Shown here: positions 13,211 through 25,684 of the stretch, piece by piece
How positions within the stretch are numbered: position 1 is the stretch's first letter
Layout: each line of letters opens with the position of its first letter
DNA from: Chiloscyllium plagiosum
Lineage: Eukaryota
DNA: 49,813 nt
Assembly (NCBI RefSeq): GCF_004010195.1
Contig: NC_057751.1
Span: 5,012,791-5,062,603 of the forward strand
Direction of reading: 5' to 3'
Made by a program: the position numbers and the translations under genes
The notes under the pieces: model-generated
What the model was told of the DNA's origin: nothing
The model's input: the letters and a program-made list of their open reading frames with translations, nothing else
Database searches by the model: none

Positions 13211-13865
13211 GTATGGTGGCTGATTGAGGACATTGTTTTTCTGCTCCAAGCTGCAGATATGACATTGGCTATTCAGGAGGGCAGCTTGGAGGAAACACTT
13301 CCCCTACAGGACCAGAGGAACCCTCTGTCATTAAAGATAGTCCCTGTCAGCACATCAAAACTCAACATCTTCTTGTCAGACTGCAAACTGGGAAAGATTG
13401 AAGCAAAACATGTGTCCAGCCCTGATCTCATTGAACCACAGCACGGGGGGAGCAGGAGAGAGAGCATCACTTTCTGGAACAAGGGGTCAAGGAGGTGTGC
13501 AGGGAATAATAATCTCCCTCAGAAATATAATGGGCCAAATGATCTCCTTCAGTGGTCTCTGACATTACAATCCCCAAACTACCTGGTCCACAGGTCATTC
13601 GAAGGAGGGAGGGAGAGGGAGAGGGCGAGACAGAAGGAGATAGACAGAGAGAGAGAAAGAGAAGGAAGGGGAAAGAGAGACGGAAGGGGAGAGGAAGAAA
13701 TAGAAAATGAGAGAGAGATGGAAGGAGAAAGAGGGAGAGAAGGCAAGATAGAAACGAGAGAGGAGGGAGGAGAGAGATGGAAGGAAAGAGTGAGAGAAAA
13801 AGAGAGGGAAACAGAGAAATGGAAAGAATGAAGGCAAGAGGGGGAAGGAGAGGAGTTCTTGAGTT

Positions 13866-15071
13866 ACAGATTTATCCAACACGGAAACAGACCCTTCGGT
13901 CCAACCTGTCCATGCCGACCAGATATCCCAACCCAATCTAGTCCCACCTGCCAGCACCCGGCCCATATCCCTCCAAACCCTTCCTATTCATATACCCATC
14001 CAAATGCCTCTTAAATGTTGCAATTGTACCAGCCTCCACCACNNNNNNNNNNNNNNNNNNNNNNNNNNNNNNNNNNNNNNNNNNNNNNNNNNNNNNNNNN
14101 NNNNNNNNNNNNNNNNNNNNNNNNNNNNNNNNNNNNNNNNNNNNNNNNNNNNNNNNNNNNNNNNNNNNNNNNNNNNNNNNNNNNNNNNNNNNNNNNNNNN
14201 NNNNNNNNNNNNNNNNNNNNNNNNNNNNNNNNNNNNNNNNNNNNNNNNNNNNNNNNNNNNNNNNNNNNNNNNNNNNNNNNNNNNNNNNNNNNNNNNNNNN
14301 NNNNNNNNNNNNNNNNNNNNNNNNNNNNNNNNNNNNNNNNNNNNNNNNAATAAAGGAAAGCATACCAAACGCCTTCTTCACTATCCTATCTACCTGCGAC
14401 TCCACTTTCAAGGAGCTATGAACCTGCACTCCAAGGTCTCTTTGTTCAGTAACACTCCCCAGGACCTTACCATTAATTGTATAAGTCCTGCCTGGATCTG
14501 CCTTTCCAAAATGCAGCACCTCACATTTATCTGAATTAAACTCCATCTGCCACTCCTCAGCCCAATGGCCCATTGATCAAGATCCTCTTGTAATCTGAGG
14601 TAACCTTCTTCACTGGCCAGTACACTTTCAATTTTGGTGTCATCTGCAAACCTACTAACTATACCCCTTATGCTCACATCCAAATCATTTATGTAAATCA
14701 CAAAAAGCAGGTCATAGACCTCCAGTCTGAAAAACAACCTCCACCACCACCCTCTGTCTTCTACCTTTGAGCCAGCTCTGTATCCAAATGGCTAGTTCTC
14801 CCTGTATTCCATGAGATCTAACCTTGCTAACCAGTCTCCCATGGGGAACCTTGTCGAACGCCTTACTGAAGTCCATATAGATCACATCTACTGCTCTGCC
14901 CTCATCAATCTTCTTTGTTACTTCTTCAAAAATCTCAATCAAGTTTGTGAGACATGATTTCCCACGCACAAAGCCATGTTGACTATCCCTAATCAGTCCT
15001 TGCCTTTCCAAATACATGTACATCCTGTCCCTCAGGATTCCCTCCAACAACTTGCCCACCACTGACGTCAG
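13866..15071 (-). mobile_element. Young 5'-truncated CR1 LINE (RT region to 3' tail), with gap 14043-14348
   Basis: QHGFVRGKSCLTNL, DVIYMDFSKAFDKVPH, FADDTK, WQMEFNSDKCEVLHFG. There is an internal deletion/frameshift near 14715. Confidence 0.93.
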
Positions 15072-15132
15072 GTCAGTTGGACAGAGGAAGGGAAGGTGGT
15101 GGAGGAAGGGATGGAGGGATGGATGTAGAGAC

Positions 15133-15163
<31 letters not shown>

Positions 15164-16235
15164 ATGACCATGTGGCCAGGTTTCAGATCAGCAGTTGAAT
15201 GGTTGTTGTCAGGTTGAAACCCTGCCTTCAGTCTGTCTCTTGAGACAATTGTTTGACCCGAATGTGGCATCCTGTACCAGGAAGGGTCACATTTACTCCC
15301 TGGGATTGGGAGCCACTGGCACATTGCCTGAGGGCACTGCTTTCTACCGATGGGAACAATGCTGTGGAGAAGGTGGGTGAATGCAAGACATGGATGGGGG
15401 AGATGGGGGAGGGGGAGTGATGGGGTTGGGAGCAGGTTCACACTAACGCCCACACGGAGCTCTGGAGCAGGTCCTGTCAATCTGTATCAAACAGGCCCGT
15501 GCACAGACAGAGAGAGAGAGAGACACACACACACAGACACACAGAGAAACAGAGACACGCAGACACAGAGACACACAGACGGAGAGACAGAGATACACAC
15601 ACACACACAGACACAGAAACACACAGAGATACCCAGATGAATGGAGCCTTTAGGCTCTGAGTTGGAGTCAGTTGGAGGGCTATCTGACCAATCAGCGGGA
15701 CGCAGGGATGCTGTTCAACACAGGCTGAGACAGAGAGCTTTGGACACAGAGCCTGAGAGATGGTATACAGCTTCATGTAGCCAGATCCTGGCACACAGTA
15801 ACTCTCTCTCTGAGGGTACCTGGTTTTCTCTCTGAGTGACAGGCTGATAGGGAGCTCAGTCAGTCCTCAGTCTATCCCAGAAACACTCCTTCACTGCCAG
15901 CTCTCCCCCACCCAGCCTGCTTTCTCTCTCCCTCCCACAGAGGTAACAAGGTGAACAATGAGCAGAAGGGTGTAACACTAGTGATGATGGCGTCTAATAC
16001 CTGTATTGAGAGGCCGGGCAGTCAGTGTGCAGCACTGTCTAGGTGCCTGTGTGGACACATGTGCCCATTGTGATCCCCCCTCTGAGGCTGGAGACTGGCA
16101 GGGAACACTGCTACCCAGGGCTGGTTAACTGTTGCAGAAGAAGAAACTGACAGAAATAGGGCAGATCCTTCTGTGTGCCCCACACCAATCCCATTCAGAG
16201 CAGCAGCTTCTCATATTCCCCCTTGTCTTTCACAG

Positions 16236-16329
16236 AAAGCCCTGTTGTGTGTCCTGCTCCTCCTGAAGATCCTCGATATGTGTGAGGCTGACTGCAAATT
16301 TGTGATGAAGTCAGAGGCAGGAGCAGCAG
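16236..16329 (+). CDS. MSMB-like: MSMB-like gene B exon 2 (signal peptide and first Cys)
   Basis: Strong acceptor ttgtctttcacag|. Reads KALLCVLLLLKILDMCEA/DCKFVMKSEAGAA + G (94 nt, phase 0 to 1). Donor is CAG|GCAAGT (GC type). Confidence 0.85.
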
Positions 16330-16829
16330 GCAAGTAACTCTTCCATCATTCACTCCTACCCTCACTCATTCCCCTCTCACCACACTCCTGAACCTCATAT
16401 TTCCCAAAGGGGCCACACGATGCTTTCAACGGAGAGTGGGACAGAGACAGAGAGAGAGAGAGAGAGAGACAGAGAGAGAGAGACAGAGAGAGAGTGGGCA
16501 GGCACATGCACACAGAGACACGCAGACTCAGCTAGAGATGCAAATACACAGACACACGCACAGACAGAGATAGAGATAGAGACACATTCAGAGAAACACA
16601 CACTGACCTTGAGGATATGTGACGTTTTTATCCTCACTGTTCTACATGGATAGCACTGACCTCCTGGTAGGGAGGACATGTCCCAGGAGATACTGATAGA
16701 GGCAGCTGATTGAAGTTGACTGGAAGCAATGTGCTGGGAATGTGGGCCAGCATGCAGAGATGGGAACATGGGGAGGATTCAGGAAAGAGAACGTGGTGAA
16801 CTGAGGGGTCATTCACCGCTGGAACAAGG

Positions 16830-17332
16830 ACAGGCTCCTGCAGAGTACAGACACACACACTCACGTACACATACAGGCATAGACACACACAGACAAACAT
16901 TCACGCACATACAGATACACATAAAGACACAGATACACACACACTATGATAGACACACACAAAGACACACAGACGTAGACACTCAGACACACAGACACAC
17001 ATAGAAACACACTCACACACACAGACACACAATACATACTCACAGACACACAGATATAGATACACACAGACTCACAGATAGAGATACACACAGACACGCA
17101 CTCACTCACACATNNNNNNNNNNNNNNACACACACACAGGCACAGACACAACACACACACAAAGACACAACACACACAGACACGACACACCACACACACA
17201 TACACACACCATACACACACATAGACGCACCACACACACATCCACACACAGTCATAGACACACACAGACGCAGACATAGACACACAGACAGAAAGCCATA
17301 GAGAGAGAGACACACACACTCACACACATATA
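16830..17332. repeat. Degenerate (CA)n-rich tract in intron 2
   Basis: Directly visible; small gap at 17114-17127. Confidence 0.9.
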
Positions 17333-18263
17333 CAGTGACTGATTCCCCAAGGAACCCTCAGTTTGCCAATGTTCTGAATGCAGTGAATGTTAAGCTGTTA
17401 TGTTCCATTCTCAACACCAGAGAGCAGTAACATCCCACTAATAAATAATTCCTCCATCAGCAGCCCCATACACACACACACACACACCCAGATACACAGA
17501 GTTGAGACGAGCTTGGTGCAAAGACTGGCCCTGTGGCTGTGAGACTCTGAAATGGAACCTCACTGTTCCCACACTGTGCCAGGGAGGAGAATATCCACCA
17601 TGCACATCCCAGTCACTGCTATTACCACAGCCATAGCTTACATTCACATCGCCTCTTTCAGGCACCAAAACCTCCCTCAAGGCGTTTTGACAGAAGTGTT
17701 GTCAAACATAAGATAATATTATGCCTTTTAAGTGGACAGGAGGTGAGAGGAACAAAGATTGGTTCTTCAGAGCAATTGATGAGGAGTCCCAGAAAGAAAC
17801 GGGGAGAGATGAAGACAGAGAAAGGGAGGGAAAAAAGAGAGAGAGAGGGAGAGGAAGGGAGAGTGCAAGGGAAAAGAGCAAGGGGGAGAGAGAGAGAGAC
17901 AGAGGACCCAGAGCGAGGTGAGGAATAGAGAGAGACACACAGACGGGAGAGAGAGGGATAGTGAGAGAGACCAGGAGAGAGAGAAAGAGAAAGAGATGGA
18001 GAGAGAGAATGAGAGAGACAGAGGGATTAATCGAGGGAATTGCAGAGCCAGGGACGCAGGTAGGTGAAGGCATGAGTAAAATCTCCGGTGTAATCTCCGA
18101 GATCTCAGAGGAAGGTGGAGACGGAATCAGGGTGGGGAGGGATTTGAGAAGGGAGCTACATGGATTGGGGGGAAACAGTTCCAGATCAGTGAGCACATGG
18201 CCAGGTCAAGCTGAGGAAGGTTGGTGCTGAACACTAAGGCTGTGTTGTTGCTTGTTTTTGCAG

Positions 18264-18366
18264 ACTGCATGGACAATGGGATGAACTACAAGGTGGGAGC
18301 CATGTGGAAGAGTGAGGATTGCTACACGTGTTACTGTGGGAAGGTGACAGCAATCTGTTGTACTGA
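18264..18366 (+). CDS. MSMB-like: MSMB-like gene B exon 3
   Basis: tttttgcag| (D)CMDNGMNYKVGAMWKSEDCYTCYCGKVTAICCT(D) |gtaagt; 103 nt, phase 1 to 2. W-x4-C-x2-C-x-C-x6-CC is the PSP94 signature. Confidence 0.93.
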
Positions 18367-18664
18367 GTAAGTCACACCCAGACACACACTGTCTTCATCC
18401 CCCATCAGCTCTCTCCCAGGGATGGGGTTTCGGGTTACCCAGGATAGGAATGGCCAACAGTAACCCTATAGAGAGAACCAGGACAATTCCCATTGCAGAG
18501 CTGACTGGCAGACACATGTTAACAGTATCCCATAGAGACAGCTCAGGCTGCCATCGTAGTGTATGTGTGGCCATTGGTCTGACGTGAGGGGTACTCAGAA
18601 AAACCCCCTCCCCACACTCTCAGAGACACTAGGCAGAGTAGAGAGGGGACTGACAAAGAACAGG

Positions 18665-19260
18665 ACATCATTGGAACAGGCCCTTCGGCCCATCAACAGT
18701 GAACCCCTTTATCATCTAGAAAGCATTTTGCCCCTACAGTCCATATCCCTCTATTCCTGCCCGGTCATATCTCTGTCCAAACACCTTTACTGCATCCACC
18801 TCTACCAACTCTTCTGGCAGCACATTCCACACACTTAGCACCCTCTGTGTCGAAGACGTACCCCTCACATCGCCTTTAAACATTCCCCCTTTCATCTGGT
18901 GTCCCCCCATTCATTAACAGTTCTCCCATGGGCGAAAGTCTGTGATAATCCATTCTGTCCACGTCCCTCAGAAATGTGTTAACTTCCATCAGATCACCCT
19001 CCTTGTCCTTCCATGTTAAAGTGAAAACAAACACAGTTTGTCCAATCTCTCCTCATCACTAACACCCTCCAAACCAGGCAACATCCTGGTAAACCCTGTC
19101 TGTACCCTCTCCAAAGTATCCACATCCTTCAGGTAGTGTGGTGACCCGAACTGGACGCAATATTCCAAGTGTAACCCTCAGAAAAGGAATATTTGATAAC
19201 ATGACATGTTAATTTTTATCTTCCATGCCCTGACTGAAGGTAGCCATGCCATTCACCTGA
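18665..19260 (-). mobile_element. Decayed CR1 3' fragment in intron 3
   Basis: aggcccttcggccc tail and ccaggcaacatcctggtaaacc...gacccgaactggacgcaatattccaa (minus strand: LEYCVQF motif). Confidence 0.7.
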
Positions 19261-19614
19261 TGGCCTTGTGTTGTCTCTCTCAGGAAGTGTGGTCCCTGTG
19301 TGTGTTGGTGTTTCTGAGGGCTTCTGCCTTCAGCTGTCCCTGCTCAAACATCCTGGTGTACTGCTCTATCCATTATTACACAACACGCTGTGTACAGAGA
19401 GACCTTCAGTCATGATTAATAATGATCAGACTGTCCCATGCTCTGGGACATTGCAGAGTCTGAAGTACCTTGAGGCTTTGTATGTAGGACCGCGTGGAAG
19501 ATAGACCACAGATGTCAGATCTCCCCAAGGTTACTGACGTTTACAATGTGAGACAGAGTGACACAGTGCCTGGGCTCTGTGCTCACTGACAGGACATGGT
19601 ACACTGACTGGCAA

Positions 19615-20020
19615 CATGACACATACACACACACAGACACACACATAGACACACGAACACACAGACACATGTACACACACACAGACAGACACGTACACAG
19701 ACAGACACACGTACACACACACAGACACACATGTACACACACAGACACATAGACATGTGCACACACATACACACAGATACAGACACACATGTACACACAC
19801 AGATACAGACATACATGTACACACAGACACACATATACATACACAGACACACACATACACACATGTACACGTACACACAGACACACACAGAGACGCACAC
19901 GTACACACCACACATGTAAACATACACACAGACACACGTACACACAGACACACATGTACACACACATGTACACACAGACACACATGTACATGTACATACA
20001 GACACACGTACACACAGACA
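19615..20020. repeat. Degenerate (CA)n/CATGTA tract
   Basis: Directly visible. Confidence 0.9.
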
Positions 20021-21089
20021 GTGACTGAATGATCTTTCTGCCAGAACACCTCACTTTGTGAATGTCATGTGACCAGCTTAAAGGGACAGGCGTCTGGAAT
20101 CTCTGTGTCACACAACAAAGTCTGTGAAAGGTGCCAGAGAAACACACATCCTTCTGCCTCTCCCATTAGTCCATGACAACACGATCCAAGCTGGTGGGGG
20201 AAGTCACCAACACTTGAACCAACAAAGCCTGTTCGATACAACAACAACAACCACCTGAGTTTAGATAGCACTTTGAGCATAAAGAAAGATCCTAAGGTGC
20301 CTGACAGGAGCATTAGGAAACCAATAGACAGAGAGAGTCATACCAAGCACCTCGATTGAGGAGATCCCGGTCCAGAGGCAGAAAGCTTTCGGGAAGAGTC
20401 CCAGTGATTGGCAATAGCTCAAGGTCAGACTCTTCAGGGGAACAGGTAAAATCGAGGGGACACACAAAGGGGAGCCCCTAGAAGGCAGAGCAGGGCTGGA
20501 GCAAGTTACAGAGATCGGGAGGGGCTGTTGGCGCTGGAGGGGTTTATAGAAATAGGGAGGGGTAACAACACAAAGGCATTTGGAAGGAGGGTGAGCAGGG
20601 AAAAATGAGGAGTGTATTTGAGCGTGGATGAGGGGGTCAATGTTGGTGCGTAAGCACGGGGGGGGGGGGTAAGAGGAGGATGGGAGAGACAGTGTACAGA
20701 GAGACAGAGAGACAGACAGCAGAGCTTTGGACCAGCTCGGTTTGATAGAGGAGGGAAAGTGAGATGGAGAGGCTGTAAAGAGTGACAGGACACAGAAACA
20801 GACCCGACCCAGTGTTGGCATCATCGAGAGATCAGTGACAGGACTGAGGCTTTGAGCAGGAACAGGAGCAGCAGCACAGGCAGGGGGATACGGGCAGGGG
20901 GGTACTGGCAGGAGAAAGGGGCAGGAGGCAGCGGGGTACAGGCAGGGGAGAGGGGCAGGATCTAGTGGGGCCCTTTACAGAAGGTGTGAGCTCAGCACAG
21001 GCTGAGACAGAAGGGAAGGTGTGAGTTTGTCCAGAAGCTAGTGCTCTGGCTGGTTTCTCACTAAGGGAAAGGAGTTGGACTGATCCAGC

Positions 21090-21561
21090 CTCTCTCTCTC
21101 TCTCCCTCCCGTCTCTCTCTCTCTCTCTCCCTCCCGTCTCTCTCTCTCTCTCTCCCTCCCGTCTCTCTCTCTCTCTCTCCCTCCCGTCTCTCTCTCTCTC
21201 TCTCCCTCCCGTCTCTCTCTCTCTCTCTCCCTCCCGTCTCTCTCTCTCTCTCTCCCTCCCGTCTCTCTCTCTCTCTCTCCCTCCCGTCTCTCTCTCTCTC
21301 TCTCCCTCCCGTCTCTCTCTCTCTCTCTCCCTCCCGTCTCTCTCTCTCTCTCTCCCTCCCGTCTCTCTCTCTCTCTCTCCCTCCCGTCTCTCTCTCTCTC
21401 TCTCCCTCCCGTCTCTCTCTCTCTCTCTCCCTCCCGTCTCTCTCTCTCTCTCTCCCTCCCGTCTCTCTCTCTCTCTCTCCCTCCCGTCTCTCTCTCTCTC
21501 TCTCCCTCCCGTCTCTCTCTCTCTCTCTCCCTCCCGTCTCTCTCTCTCTCTCTCCCTCCCG

Positions 21562-21604
<43 letters not shown>

Positions 21605-21632
21605 CCTCCCGTCTCTCTTTCTCTCTCTCTCT
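21090..21632 (+). repeat. Polypyrimidine minisatellite (25-bp unit CCCTCCCGTCTCTCTCTCTCTCTCT) abutting the exon 4 acceptor
   Basis: 25-bp periodicity; no adenine between 21088 and 21638. Confidence 0.95.
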
Positions 21633-21640
21633 TGTCCCAG

Positions 21641-21752
21641 CTATGCCCAAGTGCCTGACGTGCCGAGTAACTGTGAAGCTGTTTTTGACAAGAGGCTCTG
21701 CAAGTACAAGGTGTACAGCAAGGAGAACCTGGACGTCCTGTGTGATATCTGA
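21641..21752 (+). CDS. MSMB-like: MSMB-like gene B terminal exon 4
   Basis: ttgtcccag| (D)YAQVPDVPSNCEAVFDKRLCKYKVYSKENLDVLCDI* (TGA 21750-21752). Completes the 10 mature Cys; intron phases 0/1/2 are as in MSMB. Confidence 0.92.
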
Positions 21753-21919
21753 GTACTGCTGGGAGAACGGTACCGTGGAGAGAATCTACTCAAGCTGCTT
21801 TCACATCACTCCCCTGCCTGTGCTTCTGCAGATGTGCAACCCCTGAAGGAGAGTCCGTAATCCCCAACTGCTCTGTATTCTCACAATCTCACCTCTCTGG
21901 ACTGCTGTCAAAATCCTTC

Positions 21920-21925
21920 AATAAA
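21920..21925 (+). terminator. Polyadenylation signal of MSMB-like gene B
   Basis: AATAAA about 170 nt after the stop. Confidence 0.75.
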
Positions 21926-24524
21926 GCGCATTTGGTCAGTTTCAGCTCGGAATCCAACATTCTGAGGGATACCCTCCACCTGCTCAGTAACTCCCAACCC
22001 ACCGAGAACAGCCCACTAAACAAAAGCCAACTCTCCGGTGTGGCAAAAGGTACACACACACACACACACAGAGAGACAGACACACACAGACACACACACA
22101 CACACACAGAGACAAAGCAGAGAGGGGCTGTTGAAGCTGTATGATGGATCAAAGGGCCTTTCTCTCAGTCTCTCTCACTTCAGGCTCTTTCTTCTCATGC
22201 TTCCATGTGGTGTGGGTATCTGTAGCTGGGTTAGTGTTTATTACCCATCCCTGATTGCCACAGAAGGCAATTGCTGTGGGTCTGGAGTCATGTGTAGGCT
22301 AGGCCAGGTAAGGACGGCAGCTTCCTTCCCGAAAGGACCACGTCAGTCGTCCAAATGGGAAGTAATTACCGCTTCACTGCCGCCTTTTGCTGAGTTGGAA
22401 TGGCACCATCCACCTGAGAAGATAACAACTTGCAGTGAGCTGTGACAGCTGGGATCTCAGGAGCTCACAGCAGAGATGGCCAACTGAGAGGCAGGGCAGT
22501 CTGCAAGGGAACGGTGGCTGAAGGTGGGAGATCGGCCCAGCCCGTGGGAAAGCAGGGATGGGTGCTGAGTGGTCCGAGGGTGGGCATTGGTGCAGCTGGC
22601 CCGGGGAGGGGAGTTGGGGGGGGGGGGGGGGGGGGAGGATGGGTTCACGTGATGGTCTGGAAGTCAATGCTCTGTTTATCTCAGAGATAGTGCAACTCAA
22701 GGTAAGAACAAAATAACCAAAGCGATTGGCTGGAAACTGTTTCAAAGAGAGTTTTAAATCGTTACTTCTCTGGGGCTTTACTGGCTGGGTCAACATTTAT
22801 CACCCCAGTCAAAACACACACACACACGAGTCCAAAATGACCAAACTGGAGCAGAGCTCACGTCTGGGGCTTGGGAGTGTGTGGACATTTGTAGTTAGCA
22901 GAAAGACTTCAGTGTCATGGGTGAAGCCAAGGCGATTTCTCACCATCAATGAGAAGCTCCTTGCTCAAATGAGGAGTAAGTGGTTCACTCTTGCCTGGGG
23001 GGGCGCTGTGTGTGGAAAAGCAGAGTCAACACTTTCTTGTGACACTCCCCATCCCCATCCCCATGTGCAGACAGATCTGAGACAGTGCTGGAAACCCTCC
23101 AATCCCCAGCTCGGCAATGACAGGGTTCCATACGATGCAATGCCCAGCTCTTCATCTTGCACCAACTGCAACGCAGACAGACCAGCTCTGTCAGATCAAT
23201 ACTGCTCCTCAGCTGCCTGTCCCGAACACCTTCTCAGCCCAGAATCTGCCAAACTCTCCCTTCACAATCGACAACAAAAAATCCCCCAGAAAGAACTGCA
23301 TGTGCTGGAAACTCTACTCAAGACCAGAAGTTGCTGGACAAGCTCAGCAGGCCACACAGCAGCCGTGAAGAGAAAGCAGAGTTCATGTCACCCGTCCTCA
23401 GAGTTGGGTGAGCCTTTCCAGCACTTTCTGGAACTTTCGCCAACATCCTGTAATCCAATCCAGGCAGAGAAAAGAGCATTAATTAATCAGCACTCACCTA
23501 CAGACAACACCTATCTCATTTACAACTGACAGAGACATAGGAGTCACAGAGAGAGACACACACACACACGGAGACAGAAACAGGGAGAGAGAGAGAGAGA
23601 GAGAGAGAAACTGAAAGTGAGACACACACACACAGACTGAAACTGACAGAGGAAAAAGATCAGAGAGACTGATAGAGACCAAGACAGAGACAGATACTGA
23701 GAGAGAGAGAGAGACTGAAAGAGAGAGACACACACACAAAGACAGAGACCGAGACTGACAGAGAGAGAGAAAATCAGAGAGACAGAGACCAAGAAAGAGA
23801 GACAGAGATACAGAGAGAGAGAGAGCTTGATGAAGAGAGGAACGGTGTTGTGGTGTGTGGGTTGAAAGAGTTACCACGTACAATACTGTGTGCTGTAACC
23901 CAGGGCCAAGGTCAGCAAGAGGACACAGTATCAGTTCAGAAGTGTGTGGGGATGATTGCAGAGGTCTGGAAACCACAGGACAGGACTACGGCAAGGCGGT
24001 GGTGGGGGGGAAGGGGAGAGTGAGACCTGGCGCCCAAGCAATGAAACTGCAAGGTGTCTTGATGGTTTGGAAGCTGTTCAGACAGTAAGTCTGGAATTGA
24101 TGAGAAGGTCTGTTTGGGTGACTGCTCCTTATTGCCTTGCAACCACACAGGGTCAGCCCAAAGTCCCGAGGTCAGGGTTTCTCTTGGGCCATGCCCTTGC
24201 TTGGATTTCCCTTCCCTTGTGTCCTTCCTCCCCTCTCCCAGGCACCACAGCAATGGGGACCAACTGACCCAGCCTGGCCCTGATGTTCAGACTCTCACAT
24301 CATTGTGCTCATGTACTCCTGCAGGCAGCACCATCTGGTTGGGCAGGTAGCCTGTTTGTGGTTCCACTTCACCCTGTGTCCTCTCCCTGGAAGAGGACCG
24401 AATGACAGGTCAGAGCCTGGGGCTCGAATCCATTTCACAAGCTCCTGGTACAGAGAGCAGCTTGCGGGTGCCTCACTGTTTCCTGACAGGAGACCGGGAG
24501 ATACAACTGTTCCGCAGCATTCCC

Positions 24525-25020
24525 ACAATTACAGAGTCATACAGCACAGAAACACATACCCAGTCTGTGCCAACCAGAATCCCAAAGTCAACTACTCCCA
24601 CTTGTCTGCTCCCTCCAACCCTTCCCGATTCACCAAAAGAGAAAATGCTGGTTTCAGATTCCAGCATCCGCAGTAATTTGCTTTTATCATTCCCTATTCA
24701 TGTTCTTCAGAGAAAGTCATCTCCTCATGAAGAGATTATACTTGAAACATCGATTCTCCTGCTCCTCGGATGCTGCCTGACTGGCTGTGCTTTTCCAGCA
24801 AGACACTCTTCAACAACTCATGTCCTGATCGAAATGTCTTTTAAACATTGTAACTGTACCCACATCCACCACTTCCTCTTGAAGCTCGCTCCACACACAA
24901 ACCACTCTCTGGGTAAAAAAAGTTGCCCCTTGTGTCCTTCTTAAACCTTTCTCACCCCCCACCCCCACCATAGTTCTGCGCTTCCCCATCCTGGAGAAAA
25001 GATCCTAGTATTCACATAAC
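24525..25020. mobile_element. CR1 3' tail (minus) interrupted by Penelope-like pLTR fragments (24630-24815)
   Basis: agagtcatacagcacagaaaca CR1 tail; inverted family-2 piece at 24632-24686; decayed family-1 motif ctcatgaagagattatacttgaaacatcgattc. Confidence 0.7.
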
Positions 25021-25684
25021 CGACACCCCCCCCTCCCCCCTCTGGCTTTGGTAAAGCCCAGATCCCATCTGCTCCACTCCACTGAAAGAAGTGCCAGTCT
25101 TTCGAGCCCAGGGATAGAAAGCCAGCTTGCATCAGACAGACTGACAGTGAGATTTCACAGCCTGTAAAGCCAGCCCAGTGGGGCACAGTGAGGACAGCAA
25201 GTGAACCGTCTGCTGTCCCCAATGCTAACACTGAGGTTTGGAGCTGTGTACACACAGAGAGGTGACCATGCCAGCCCCCTCCCTGTGCCTGGCAGGTCAC
25301 TCTCACCCTGCTCACCACTACCAAGCTCCATTGACTTGGTTTGTCCCTGGCCATCTGGGTCGATGGTTTTTTTTCCCTCTCTCTCACCTGTCGCCCTTGT
25401 TGGGAGTTGGAAGCTGAGCCTGAGCCCAGACTGGGACTTTGCCCCCGTGATAACAGCAGCATAAACTCTGACTCACACCTCGCTCCTTGCCTCTGGAGGA
25501 GGAGGAGAATGGAGCGGTGGGGGCTGGGGGGAGGGGGATTCACAGAGACCTCGGTCTCACCTCAGTGTCCCAGTTCCTATCCCCACCCCATCCTCACAGC
25601 CACCCACTCCCCATAGCTACAAAATGACCTGTCAGCAAAGGCTCCTGTACAACCTCTGGCCTGCCACCAATCCAACTGAACCAC

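Noticed and set aside
19284..19415. Acceptor followed by a hydrophobic Cys-containing peptide (EVWSLCVLVFL...)
   Set aside because: No donor, an in-frame stop and no PSP94 Cys spacing; it is intronic.
21750..21752. TGA as selenocysteine
   Set aside because: Not at a conserved Cys position, and no convincing SECIS was seen before the poly(A) signal.
21643..21846. 67-aa Cys-rich ORF in the track (MPKCLTCR...)
   Set aside because: Wrong frame of MSMB-like exon 4.
22726..23529. 267-aa ORF
   Set aside because: Non-ATG start, no recognisable domain, and it includes simple-repeat sequence.
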